A stretch of DNA of 64,000 bases from NCBI GenBank assembly GCA_951406725.2, contig OX597839.1, forward strand, positions 30,194,001 through 30,258,000, given 5' to 3'. Of the stretch, positions 1 to 13,665 are shown in pieces. The notes under the pieces are model-generated. The model was given only the letters and a program-made list of their open reading frames with translations, was not told the DNA's origin and made no database searches. Origin of the DNA: Octopus vulgaris (lineage: Eukaryota). Every line of letters starts with the position of its first letter. Within the stretch, counting starts at the first letter, position 1. The translations under genes were made by a program, and so were the position numbers.

Positions 1-775
1 TATCACACGCAACAATTGAAAATCACTTAAAATGTCTTTGACTGGTTAAGAAGCTCGATTTTTGGGTTCCACATGAATTGAAAGAGATTCACTTAACACA
101 ACGAATCAATATTTGCGATATGCATCTCAAACGCAATGAAATCGAACTTGTTTTAAAACGAATCATCACTGGTGATGAAAAATGTACTGCCTACAATAAG
201 ATCAATCGAAAACGATCATGGTCCGAGCGTAATGAATGAGCACAAGCCACAGTGAAAGCTGAATTGCATCAAGAAAGGTCATGCTGTCAATTTAATGGGA
301 TTACAAAGGTGTTATGTCTTTTGAGCTCCTTCTAAGGAACCAAACGATCAATTCAGATGTTTGTTGTCAACAACTAAAAATGGCCAGAATTGGCAAATTG
401 TAAAGGAAGTGTGTTCTACCATGACAACGCTAGACTACACATGTCTTTGCTAACTCGTAAAAAATTATTGGAGCTTGGTTGGATGATCACATCCACTATA
501 TAGCCCTGACCTTGCACCATCAGATTACCATTTATTTTGAAGTTTGCAAAATTCTTTGAATGGTAAAACTTTCAATAATGATGATGACCTGAAATCGTAT
601 TTGTTTTAGTTTTTTGCTGATGAAGACCAGAAGTTCTATGAACATGGAATTACCAAAAAGATGGCAAAAGGTCATCGAACAAAATGGAAAATATTTGATT
701 AAAGTTCGTTCTTTGTATGAAAAAAAATGACTTATTTCACACTAAAAAACCAAAATTCCTTCCTTGCTAATCCAA
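1..775 (+). mobile_element. Degenerate mariner (DD34D) transposon, 3' part
   Basis: Frameshifted fragments LKRIITGDEK, WDYKGV, FYHDNARLH and HPLYSPDLAPSDYH; ends in a TIR-like ...gctaatccaa followed by TA. Confidence 0.85.
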
Positions 776-779
776 TATG

Positions 780-782
<3 letters not shown>

Positions 783-837
<55 letters not shown>
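783..837. repeat. (TA)n microsatellite
   Basis: Direct reading. Confidence 0.98.
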
Positions 838-841
<4 letters not shown>

Positions 842-976
842 TAAGGGCTCCTAAATTAAGATGCCGAGTGCTGGGAACACAAAAAGGGGATGAATTCATC
901 GAGAGTGAATCTCGATGAATTCATCCCCTTTTTGTGTTCCCAGCACTCGGCATCTTAATTTAGGAGCCCTTAATTG
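838..976. repeat. Perfect 67-bp inverted repeat with 5-nt loop (fold-back, possibly a Penelope-like end)
   Basis: 838-904 is the exact reverse complement of 910-976; loop gtgaa. Confidence 0.95.
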
Positions 977-2719
977 AATAATATTTTTCTATATGAATAA
1001 TATTTTTGTCTTATGACTAATTCGTCTTTTGTGCTGGGCACCTGGTAGTAAATAATATTACTACCCTTCTTGTTTATATTCGTATATATATATATCAGAT
1101 AGGAGTGGTGCAAGAGAGCAACATGTTTAACTAATTGTATCTGCATGTTTAGAGAATAAATCACTAATTTGTATGAAAAACAATAGCTTAAGTTATTTAG
1201 GATAGTTTTATATATATGTATATATAGACATGTATGTATAGTGTTTTATATATATATACAGAAACAAACACACACAATCTGGTGACCCTCCCCTCTGTGC
1301 ATCCAACACAGACATTCATACACACAATCTCTCTCTCTCTCTCTCTCTCATATCCTAGTCATAACATGTCCAATGTTATCTCTTGTATTTACTGAAAAAA
1401 GTAAACTATGTTACTTGTTGACTAAAAATTGTTTTTTTTTCTCTTGGTAATACAATCATTTCTTTGTTGAAATTTTAATGATCATTAAATGACTTAATTG
1501 TTTTTCATACTTATTAGTTATTCTCTAAACGGTTAAATATGTTGCTCTTTTGTGCCACTTCTATTGAAATTACGTTTGTTCACACACACACACGCATACA
1601 CTCAAACCCATACATGCACTTATTCACACACTCTCTCTCCCTCTCTTTCTCTTCCTCTCTTTCTCCCCCTCTCTCTTTGACAAACTTAAACATTTTATTT
1701 ATTTTTTCAGTACTTTTTTAGTTTTTCTTTTTATCTTTATAATTTGTAGAAATTTCCTGACAACATTTTCTGAAATTTTCTTTCTTTTACTCCACATTTC
1801 AATTCGTCTCTCATCTTCTTGGCTTCAGTTTCCTCTAACAGCAACAACAACAACAAAAGGCTTTTCATAGCTTTTCCTCTGCTAAACTATTTCCCAGTCA
1901 AGTGCATCATGTGACAATCTTTCCCCTTCTTCCTCTGCATCCTCCCCCACCTCACCAATCCCCTCACCATTGTTTCCTTGTCTTTCTGGATCTTTCCCTT
2001 CTTCTCCATCCCTATATCACCCACACACCACATTCCATTGCTCTTCTCAATATCCCTCACAGGTTCCATTCCCACCAATTCTCTGCATTTTCTCTCCACA
2101 ATGTGGTCTGGATGCAACAGCAGTGGTGGGGGTCACCAGGTAACTGGCAAGACAAAGATCCTTTGAGAGGGGATGGGGACATTGGAGGAGGTTAGAGTGT
2201 AACAGAGGGATAGAAACGGGTGTTTTGCTGTAGAGGGAGGGGGGTACATGGTTACCCAGTTGGAAAGAGAGAGTGAAAGAGAACAGGAGGGTGAGAGTGC
2301 AAGAGAGAGAGAGTGGTGAAGTGCCAAGGCCATACCCCCAAGCTCAGAATATAAATGGGGTGGTAGAGTATTGTCAAGGATGCATGAATAGGGAGTAGGG
2401 ACTTCACATGAATACGAAGAGTGTTGGGGTGGGTGAAACATGGGTCTATAGAGGAGGTGGGGGACAACAAAGTAGCAATGATACAGTGAGGACAGGGTTG
2501 GGGAGCAAGCGATAAGCAAAGTGCAGAGAAAGAGGAAATGTGAGGAAGAGAAGAGATATAGTTTGATTTGTTGGGGTAGGATGTGCGAAAAATTTTCTTT
2601 TTGTTGTTACATGTAGTTGGAACACACAGTGTTCCCAGAACTCAGTTTTGCTGAGGTGGGCAGGTCTTCTCTAGAACCTCATATCACCAGACATCTCTCG
2701 GTCTATTGTCATCCCCTCC

Positions 2720-3215
2720 ATGAGGTCCAACATCCTGAGATCATCCCATGTCTTCCTGGGTCTCCCTCTTCTGCAGGTGCCATCCACTTTCAGCAATCAG
2801 CACTTCTTTATACAGCTATCTACATTCATACGCATCTTATGTCCAAACTAACATAGTTTTCTCTCTTGGATGCTGCATCCGATTCCTCTTCTGCCCAACT
2901 TTATCTATACATTTACACTTTGTCATACGTGCACACTGATGTTGCACATCCAACAGAGCATACTACCTTCATTCCTCTCCAGTCTACGCATGTCCTCTGC
3001 ATTCAGAGCCCAGGTCTCACTACCATGGAGTATAACCATTTGTACACAAGCATCATACAATCTACCTTTCACTCTGAGAGAGAGAATCTTTTTGTTGCCA
3101 ACAGAAGTAGTAGCTCTCTGAACTTCCTCCATCCTCCTCTTATTCTTGCAACAATATTTTCAGAGCATCCTTCACCATTATTAATTTGGCCACCTAGGTA
3201 AACAACCTTGAGAGA
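2720..3215 (-). mobile_element. RTE-clade LINE 3' fragment (degenerate)
   Basis: ORF 2923..3132 SLRVKGRLYDACVQMVILHGSETWALNAEDMRRLERNE, typical of the RTE RT C-terminal region. Confidence 0.85.
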
Positions 3216-3359
3216 GCCTCCAGAGCATTTGCAAAAGTCCGATTCCCTTGTATCCTTACTGATTGTTTCCCCATATCTAATAACTTTCCTCTTGTTTTCG
3301 CTTTCATGGTTTCACTCACATCCCTCACTGCATTTCTCTTTTTCTTTCCTTCTAACAAG

Positions 3360-3535
3360 GTTCTTCCTATTGAAAACAAAATGAGAAATCCACAAGATTT
3401 CCCTGGTTGGACAGGAATTCTAAATCTTGGAATGACCATTGTGGTTTGCCTCTATGCATCACTTGGCTTCTATGGTTATCTCTCTTTCGCTGATAGTATT
3501 GAAGGAAGTATAACATTAAATCTACCATCAAATTG
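3360..3535 (+). CDS. SLC36A: Proton-coupled amino acid transporter (SLC36/PAT, pathetic-like), internal coding exon; earlier exons lie upstream of the window
   Basis: Polypyrimidine tract and aag acceptor; [56 protein letters not shown]; donor TG|gtgag. Confidence 0.93.
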
Positions 3536-3647
3536 GTGAGTTGTTTACTTTATTCATAATAACTTTTTGTCATTTTTCTTTTCATATTATATAATATTAT
3601 ATACATATACATATATATGTATATATATATATATGAGCATGCACATA

Positions 3648-4541
3648 CTGGGTCATCCCATAAATAATGTGGTTTTTTCAATTGCATGAACTAAAAGTTG
3701 GAGGGGGACTGGATAAACTACCTGCATCAACTTGTTATAAAAGCAGGTAGAAATTTTACCTTGTCCTTATTCTTAGTGCAAGTTTTGAAGAGTGCTGTTC
3801 AATTTTAACAGCTATTTTTTCAAAGCTATAATGGAAGTGACAAAGGAGCATATTTGGTATATATTTTGCTTAATGAGTTCAATAAAGGCAACAACACAAT
3901 GCAGAGTGCAAGGAGTATTAATGCAGTGTATGGGGATCGGACAATAAGTGAATGCCAGTGTCAATGAGGGTTCCAGAAACTCTGAGCTGGAAACTACAGC
4001 CTGGATGATGATCCCTGTCCTGGAAGATCTGTAGATCCTACAAACTGTGGTGGAACAAAATCCCATTGTAACTGTTGAGGAACTAGCAGAGAAGCTTAGA
4101 TTTGGTCAGTCAACCATTCATTGACACCAGTGTACCATTGGAAAATGACCCTCTTTGGATTCAAGACAAAAGGTGTTCTTCCATCAGGATAATGCTTGGC
4201 TACATACAGTGAGGATGACATTCGAAAGGCTGGAGCAGTTTGAATGGGAAATGATGTCCCACCTACGATATTTGATTATTGTTTATTCTGCAGTCTTCAA
4301 AATCATTTGGAAGAAAAACAATACGAATTCTGTAGACGAGGTCAGAACAGTTCTGGAGGATTATTTTTTGTCACGGACAAAGGAATTTTGTAAGAGGGGC
4401 CTTGCAAGTCTATCAGATTGATGGAAGGGCATTGTAGAAAATGAGTGAGAGTATATTTTAGATTAAAAAAGAACTTTGTTTACCTTAATTTAGAAAAATA
4501 GAAGAAATATAAAAAACTGCATTATTTATGGGATGACCCAA
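3648..4541 (+). mobile_element. Internally deleted mariner element with ~30-bp TIRs (SLC36 intron)
   Basis: TIRs ctgggtcatcccataaataatg... and ...cattatttatgggatgaccca; remnants FFHQDNAWLH and EELAEKL. Confidence 0.88.
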
Positions 4542-4684
4542 TGCACACACGCACACACACAAACGTGACTCAGAAGCAGTGGTATATAAATCTATTTGTT
4601 TATTCTGTCAAAGGGGAGATCACTGCAATGAATCATTTGTATGGTGTTCAATTGACCTTCATTGGTTTTTATTGTATCCATGGT

Positions 4685-5495
4685 GATCATCATCATCATT
4701 GTTTAACGTCCGTTCTCCATGCTAGCATGGGTTGGACAGTTCGACCGGGATCTGGGAAGCCAGAAAGCTGCACCAGGCTCTGGTCTGATCTGGCAGTGTT
4801 TCTACAGCTGGATGCCCTTCCTAACGTCAACTACTCCGTGTGCCACTGGCACAGGTGCCAGGCGAGGCTGGCAAGGGACATGGGATGGACTCACTTGTCC
4901 TGCCGGGTCTTCTCATGCACAGCAAATTTCCAAAGGTCTCAGTCGCTAGTCATTGCCTCGGTGAGGCCTAATGTTCGAAAGTCGTGCTTCACTACCTCGT
5001 CCCAGGTTTTCCTGGGTCTACCTCTTCCACGGGTTCCCTCAACCTCTTGGGATTGGCACTTTTTCACACACCTATCTTCATCCATTCTTGCCACATGACC
5101 ATACCAGTGCAATCGTCTCTCTTGCACACCACAGCTGATGCTTCTTAGGTCCAACTTTTCTCTCAAGGTGCTTACACTCTGTCGAGTATGTACACTGACA
5201 TTACACATCCATCAGAGCATACTGGCTTCATTCCTCATGAGCTTACGCATGTCCTCAGCAGTCACGGCCCATGTTTCACTGCCATGTAGCATGGCTGTTT
5301 GTACACATGCGTCATACAGTCTGCCTTTTACTCTGAGTGAGAGGCCTTTTGTCACCAGCAGAGGCAAGAACTCCCTGAACTTTGCCCAGGCTATTCTTAC
5401 TCTAGCAGTTACACTTTCAGCACACCCACCCCCGCTACTGACTTGGTCACCTAGGTAACGGAAGCTATCAACTACTTCTAGTTTTTCCCCCTGGT
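4685..5495 (-). mobile_element. RTE LINE 3' end: RT C-terminus, 3' UTR and (GAT)n tail
   Basis: ORFs 5212..5583 (LEVVDSFRYLGD, SLRVKGRLYDACV) and 4939..5208 (RRLHWYGHVARM, GRGRPRKTW); 3' tail reads catcatcat...tttaacgtccg on +. Confidence 0.9.
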
Positions 5496-5569
5496 GATAA
5501 GCCAATAAAACACTTCTATTTAAATTATGCAGATTACTCCAAGCCATCTTTGGTAGATTACTCCATCTA

Positions 5570-5705
5570 CCAAATCCACTCACAAGGCTTTGGTTGGCTC
5601 AAAGCTATAATAGAAAACACTTGCCCAAGGTGCCTTGCAGCAGTACTGAACCCAGAACCATGTAACCATGTAGTTGGACGCAAGCTTCTTACCACACAGC
5701 CCTAC
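5570..5705 (-). mobile_element. tRNA-derived SINE (family B) fragment
   Basis: Reverse-complement match to the copy at 13290 (gctgtgtggtaagaagcttgc...ccttgggcaagtgt). Confidence 0.75.
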
Positions 5706-6301
5706 TTGCACTGTTTATAAAGACAGAGCACCCATCCCCTTGATGTAGCAATGATGTTAGCATGAATGTCCTTGAGGGCTAAGCTCCTTTTCTGCAGGTA
5801 CTTGATAACACCACAATGCCAAATTTTGTTCATTTTCAGGAGAATTCAATACCATTTACTTTTGAAGTCTTCTTTGTACAGTCAGGTATCAGTTTACCTA
5901 GAAAGAAACAATGAACTTATTGATAAGAAGGGTTGAAATCAATGCATGAAAGATTTCACAGCTGTAGTAACTCCTTCATAGTCGGCCAATGAACTTTTCA
6001 GCCCACCTGCGTGTTTATGTTATTTTTGTTGAGACAGTCTCTTGCTAGTCTGAATTTCACTTGGTGATGCACAGGATCTTCAGGCAAAGATCCTGCCTAC
6101 CTCCAGCTGTGACTCAAAGTAGGTAGAGAAACTGACTCAACCAAAATAAAAACATATTAACCTCTAATAGGGTATTGATTACTCCTTTTTTCTGACACTT
6201 AACACTTAATGTATGTATGTGTTTGTGCAACTCTTTGAAAATATTTTATTTTTCTACATAATTATACAAGTTTGGCTTTTTTTCTTTTTCGTTCTGTGCA
6301 G

Positions 6302-6474
6302 GTGGTACACAAGTGTCAAGTTGTTATTTGCAGTTTCTATCTTCATATCTTATGGTATCCAGTTCTATGTTCCAATGAACTTATTGAGTTCACCAATTCG
6401 AGAAAGATTTGGATCAACCAAGTACAGTCAAATAATCGACCATGCCTTACGAGTCATCTTAATCTGTGCATTAA
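6302..6474 (+). CDS. SLC36A: SLC36 transporter, penultimate coding exon
   Basis: tgcag| acceptor, phase-compatible; WYTSVKLLFAVSIFISYGIQFYVPMNLL...DHALRVILICAL; A|gtaagt donor. Confidence 0.93.
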
Positions 6475-7213
6475 GTAAGTCCATTGTGGTTTTGTGTTTT
6501 TGGTGTTGTTTCGGTTCCTTCCTATTGTTTCTCTGATTTCTTGTTAGTTATTTGTCGAAGACGACCAAAAGAGTAGGGATGATATAATGAGATTTATAAC
6601 ATTTTGGGGTTACTGAGAAAACTTTCGTCATTGTGTATCCAATCAAAGACAAGTCAGTCTAATGAGGTCTTCCAACTACGATTTCTCGATCTGCGAATGG
6701 GTGTCAATATAACTCTGTCATTTAATTAAATACTTCTCAATGATGTTGTGATGTTGCAGTTTACAGTTTCTGTTCTAAATAATGACTTGGCAGAGTGTTT
6801 AGAATATGAGACAAAATGCTTCAGAATGCTACACTCAGAGTTCAAATCCTACCATGCCCTACTTAGATGCTAGACTTGACCTGTCATCTGGTTTAACATT
6901 GGGTATCTTCAGGTGAGTTGGGAGAATTCAGGTTAGCTTTCTGGTTTGAGAATGTCTTCTTGCCTTGCCACCGGTCTTAGAGGCCTTGTAACAAGCCATG
7001 GCCACTCCTCCTGACTAAAAGATAAAACAAATCAGTAGATAGAATGGTATACGACCACACCAGACGATGATAAGATATGAACCAGCAATTCTTTCATTAC
7101 TAATATGGTATCCTATCCACTCAGCTAGAAAAAGGAGGAAATAAGAAACACTTGATGGGAAAGAATTTGTTTCAGCTGCATAATTAAGTTGTGAGGTGAA
7201 TATATTTGTGACA

Positions 7214-7520
7214 CATCATCATCATCATCATCGTTTAGCATCCGCTTTCCATGCTAGCATGGGTTGGACGGTTCAACAGGGTTGGGAAGCCAGAAGGCTG
7301 CACCAGGCCCAGTTTGATCTGGCAATGTTTCTACGGCTGGATGCCCTTCCTAATGCCAACCACTCCATGAGTGTAGTGGGTGCTTTTTACGTGCCACCGG
7401 CACAGGTGCCAGATGAGTGTGGCAAACGGCCACGATCGGATGGTGCTTTTTATGTGCCACCGGCACGGGGGCCAGGCGAGGCTGGCAACGGCCACAAATG
7501 GATGGTGCTTTTTACGTGCC
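7214..7520 (-). mobile_element. RTE-3'-tail SINE-like element with internal ~60-bp tandem modules
   Basis: Same tail as the RTE at 4685; repeated ggtgcttttacgtgcc modules. Confidence 0.8.
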
Positions 7521-7597
7521 GATTTTGGTTTTGCACTGCTCCATTGCTATCATCGTCGTATTATTATTATTATTATTATTACTATTACTATTATTGG

Positions 7598-7790
7598 TTC
7601 CTGTGCCTGTGGCATGTAAAAAGCGCCCACTACACTCTCAGAGTGGTTGGCATTAGGAAGGGCATCCAGCTGTAGAAACACTGCCAGAACAGATTGGAGC
7701 CTGGTGTGGCCTCCAGGCTTGCCAGTCCCTAGTCAAACCATCCAACCCATGCCAGCATGGAGAACGGGCGTTAAACAATGATTATTATTA
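7598..7790 (+). mobile_element. RTE-3'-tail SINE-like element, inverted relative to 7214-7520
   Basis: ggcatgtaaaaagc...ggcattaggaagggcatccagc...ccatgccagcatgg...gttaaac. Confidence 0.8.
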
Positions 7791-7808
7791 TTATTATTAT
7801 CATTATTA

Positions 7809-8040
7809 AGGTGGGAAGCTGGCAAAACCGTTAGCATGCTGGGCGAAATGCTTAGCAGTATTTCGTCTGCCACTACATTCTGAGTTCAAATTCTGCCACG
7901 GCTGACTTTGCCTTTCATCCTCTCGGGGTCAATAAAATAAGTACCAGTTTTAAGTACTGGGGTCAATGTAATTGATCATCCCCCTCCTCCACATTTCAGG
8001 CCTTGTACCTATAGACGAAAGGATTATTATTATTATTATT
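7809..8040 (+). mobile_element. tRNA-derived SINE (family A) with (ATT)n tail
   Basis: A-box-like gctggcaaaaccgttagc, B-box gagttcaaattc, core gcctttcatcc...aaataagtaccag; many copies in the window. Confidence 0.85.
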
Positions 8041-8289
8041 GCCTTTGCACAGCTTCTAATGCTGGAGATGTACTACGGTCCCAGCTGTTCGCTACCAGTG
8101 AACTAAGGTAACACCTCTTATTTTTCAAGCACCTTCCAGAGTATTCGAGCAGTTCCAAGTAGTGCTGTTTTCTGCAAGTGCTCCACCCTTATTGCAGCCC
8201 CTATTTGTTCCACATACTTCTCAAGATTTTTACTCACTGTTTCCAGGGCTCCGACAATTATTGGTACTACTGCTACCTTTCTCATCAAC
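8041..8289 (-). mobile_element. R4/Dong-clade non-LTR retrotransposon 3' end (RLE domain)
   Basis: Minus strand reads KVAVVPIIVGALETVSKNLEKYVEQIGAAIRVEHLQKTALLGTARILWKVLEK*; the 3' end abuts (TAA)n. Confidence 0.8.
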
Positions 8290-8290
8290 C

Positions 8291-8516
8291 GTGGTGAGCT
8301 GGTGTAATCGTTAGCACACTGGATGAAATGCTTAGCAGTGTTTCACCTGTTGCTACATTCTGTGTTCAAATACTGCTGAGGTTGACTTTTCCTTTCATAC
8401 TTTCGGGGTTGACAAATTAAGTACCAGTGAAACACTGGGGTCGATATAATTGACTAGTCCCCTCCCCCAAAATTTCAAGGCCTTGTGCCTTCAGTAGAAA
8501 GGATTATTATTATTAT
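8291..8516 (+). mobile_element. tRNA-derived SINE (family A)
   Basis: Near-copy of 7809-8040. Confidence 0.85.
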
Positions 8517-9617
8517 AAATATGAATGTTGCTTTGTTTTCTTATAACTTTCAAACGAGAAAAGGAAGCATCCATAATTTTGTGATGCCTCCAAGACTGGG
8601 GGGTGGGGGACAAGAGGGAATAGATGAAGATCTCCCCCATCCCCCGAATCATGAGTTTGCTGCTAACCACTGGTTTGTTCTGTGTTTGTATTCCAGTCAC
8701 TGCAAACAAAAAAGTAAAAAAACCCAAGACATTTCATTTCAGGCTCTGGGTTCGCGTTGCATTTACCAATGGCTGTTCACAGGAGAATCTCTTTCATCTG
8801 CTTTTTTTTATCCCCTGACAAACATGGCACAAGGAAAGGGAAAGAGCAGCAGCAGATGGAACCCCAAGTTATTAGATTATTCTCAAACTGGAGATTTGGG
8901 GTTCAATGCTGACTGAAATGGATTCAGATGGAGGCAGCTAAGAGCAAGGTGACCGTAATTGAGGAATTTTCCCGCCACCAAATGAATATATAAAAAAAAC
9001 AAACAAACTGTATGCGATGGTATTTAATCCTGCCAAGACATTGAAGAAACCTTCATAGAGTCAACTCTCCGTTCGCCTCTCTGTGGTTGTTTGCAGTCCA
9101 AAGGAAATATCGATGGCAGTTTCAGTCTGTGGCAATTGGCATTCAATATTTTTGACTTTTCAGACCTTTGAAAAAGGGTGACCTCTACGCAGTTGATGTT
9201 TGTTGGGGAAGAGTATTCTAAACGATTGATTTATTGGGGAAAATAAAATAAATTGGAAAAGTTGGGGAATGAAACATCTGCAATACTATAGATTTTGGAG
9301 GGAAAGGTTTTTGTTGTTGTTGTTGTCGTTGGTAACAGTGGTGGCACTGGCCCCAGTCATCAATATCATTGTCAAAGGAGCTGTGGCCTTTGTGATAAAA
9401 TGAAAAGATGGTAAGAACGAATATGATTACAAATCATTTGGGTCATTCTCATTCCAATATGGTCTACAATATTTGTGTACCTGGCACCAGAATAGATCTG
9501 GCAGCCGTGTTGTTTTGTAGATTTTACTTCAATTCTAAATTTCATTTACCATGTCTTTCCCTGTCTTTGATTCGTTCACTCACTCTCTCTTTTTTCTTTG
9601 CCCTTGTTCACCAACAG

Positions 9618-9856
9618 CCGGATTTGCATCCTGCATTCCTCATCTGGATCTCTTGATAGCACTGATCGGAGCGTTTGCCAGCAGTGGATTAGCACTAATC
9701 TTTCCACCCATCATCGAGATGATCACTTACTCTGCCGAAGGGGAACAACTAACAAAACTGACGATTGCGAAGAACATTTTCATCTTATTCATCGGTGTAA
9801 CAGGGTTTGTGACAGGGACCTACACGAGTGTCAAGGAAATCATCAATGTGTTTTAA
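9618..9856 (+). CDS. SLC36A: SLC36 transporter, terminal coding exon
   Basis: caacag| acceptor; GFASCIPHLDLLIALIGAFASSGLALIFPPIIEMIT...KNIFILFIGVTGFVTGTYTSVKEIINVF, then TAA. Confidence 0.94.
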
Positions 9857-10087
9857 ACTGCAGACATTCAAATTGTACATATGCTCAATGACCGTGTGCA
9901 GTCATGCATACATCTGCATGCATGGGTCTCACATGCAACATAGATCCGTTCATGCAGAGATATTGACAAATATGCTCATAATTTTTGTGAATTATGTGAA
10001 CATACACACGTGTGCATGCACTCATGTGCACGTTGATAAATCTGTAACTATTTTTTAATGAGTAAAATGTATGCATGCAAATGATTT

Positions 10088-11558
<1,471 letters not shown>

Positions 11559-12750
11559 TATGTGCATATGTTTGTATCTATGTGGTTGTGTGTATGTGTA
11601 TGTATGTATATGTTTGTATGAATGTATATATACATACGTATGTATGTATACACACACACACACATATAATATATACAGGAAACCACCTCCAGCCCACATC
11701 ATCCCAAATATTCTCATGCACATAATTTCACCAAACAAGCAAATATGTGTGTGTTTGTGTGTTACATATATGTATGTGCGTGTATGTATATGTATAAGTA
11801 ATATATAGTTATTATATATAAATATGTATATATATGAGTGTGTATGTATATATGTGTAATATATATATTTATATTTATATATAGAGGCTATATATGGTTA
11901 TAATGAAACTGACAAGATATAATTTGTCCTATAATTCCTTATAACATCATTGTCAAAAGCAAATCTTCGAGTTGCTGTGGTCTTTGCACTAAAAATATGC
12001 AATTTTCATTGGTAAAGTCATCTGCAAATTGGAATTTATTCATCAATTTATCAAACACTAATGAGACTGAAAATATTCTAAATGTGGCCATCCTGTCTTG
12101 TTTTTTTAATGGAAACTGCATTTTCTTTTCCACAACTTCCTACTGTAAGCATTCTATCTTTTTGAAATTTTTTTCTTTTGGAATAGTTAGCCATTCCAAC
12201 TATGGCCATCTTGTCTTTTATCAATTTCAAATCTCATCTGATATTGATTTCAAATTTTGGCACAAGGCCTTTATTTTCAGGGGATGGAGTAAGTCCCATT
12301 ACATTAAACCCCAGAGTTTAACTTGAAAGTTGGAAAGGCAGAGTCAAGCTCTGCAAAATTTCAGCTGATGTTGCAACGATTTGGACTGAAAAATAAGACA
12401 ACACAAATCAGAGTTTAATATAATCAATAAAATTAAGATAGCAAACTGGCAGAATCATTAGCAGGTTGCACAAAATGCTTAGCAGCCTTTCATCAGTTTT
12501 TACAAATTCCACTGAAGTCGACTTTACCTTTCAACCTTTTGAGTTGAACTTGCCAGGGTTGAAGTAATTGATTTACCTCTCCCTTGAAATTGCTGGCCTT
12601 GTACCAAAATTTGAAACTAATGCAATAAATTAAATTTCTGAAGAATCACTTCTTAGTTGGCCTCTGACCATTTCCCATCAATCCATCCAACATCTTCTGA
12701 CTATTCATTTAAAAAATTTATTTTTTTTAATCAACAAAAGGTACAGGCCC

Positions 12751-12900
12751 AGGTGTGACTGTGTAGTCCAAACATGTAATCTTGGGTTCTTTCCCACTGC
12801 ACAGCACCTTAGGCAAGTGTCTTCTACTACAGCCCTGGACTGGCCAAAGCCTTGTCAATGGATTTCGTAGACAGAAACTGATCAGAAGCCTATTCTGTGT
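12751..12900 (+). mobile_element. tRNA-derived SINE (family B), truncated
   Basis: aggtgtgactgtgt...caccttaggcaagtgtctt...gacagaaactga. Confidence 0.75.
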
Positions 12901-13289
12901 GTGTGTATCTTTGCTTTGACATTATTGTAGTAAACAAGCATTACTGTCTTACAAGTTGTTTCCAGTCTTCTTTGAAAGACGTATCTGGTGGTGGTGGAAA
13001 TGTTCTTTTGCTTGAAAACAAGTGACTGTTGGTGACAGGGAGAGCATCCGGCCATAGAAAATCTGTTTCAATAAATTCCGTCTGACCCATGGAAAAGTGG
13101 ATGTTAAATGATGATGATTTAGTACAATGACAGATTCCTTTGTACTCTGCTCCATTTTTTGTTGAATCCTGTCGTTTTCTGTATTCTTTTGCAAGGCAGC
13201 AATGGTTTCTTTTGTGATATTTCATAAAGTGATTTTATGATGTGGATTCCTGTCATGCTGAAATAATTCATCTTAAATTTGTTTTGTCA

Positions 13290-13665
13290 GGTGTGGCTGT
13301 GTGGTTAGAAGCTTGCTTCCCAACCACATGGCTCTGGGTTCAGTTCCACTGCATGGCACCTTGGACAAGTGTCTTCCACTACAGCCCTGGTCTAACCAAA
13401 GCCTTGTGAATGGATTTGGTAGACAGAAACTGAACAGAAGCCTGTTGTGTGTGTATGTGTATGTGTTTGTTCTCCACCACCACTTGACAATCAGAGTTGG
13501 TGTGCTTGCATCCCCGTAACTTAGCAGATCAGCAGAAGAGACCGATAGAATAAGTATCAGGCTTTTTAAAAAATCAATAAATACTGGGTTCCGTTCAACT
13601 AAGATGTCTTTCAGGTAGTGCCCCAGCATGGCCATAGTCCAATGAGACTGAAACAAGTGAAAGCT
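13290..13665 (+). mobile_element. tRNA-derived SINE (family B), near full length
   Basis: gtggctgtgtggttagaag...gggttcagttcc...ccttggacaagtgtctt...ccccagcatggcc...gactgaaacaag. Confidence 0.85.

Noticed and set aside
7809-7900. tRNA genes at SINE heads (also at 13290, 46440-46520 and 50038)
   Set aside because: A/B boxes are present, but there is no intact cloverleaf and they are fused to SINE bodies
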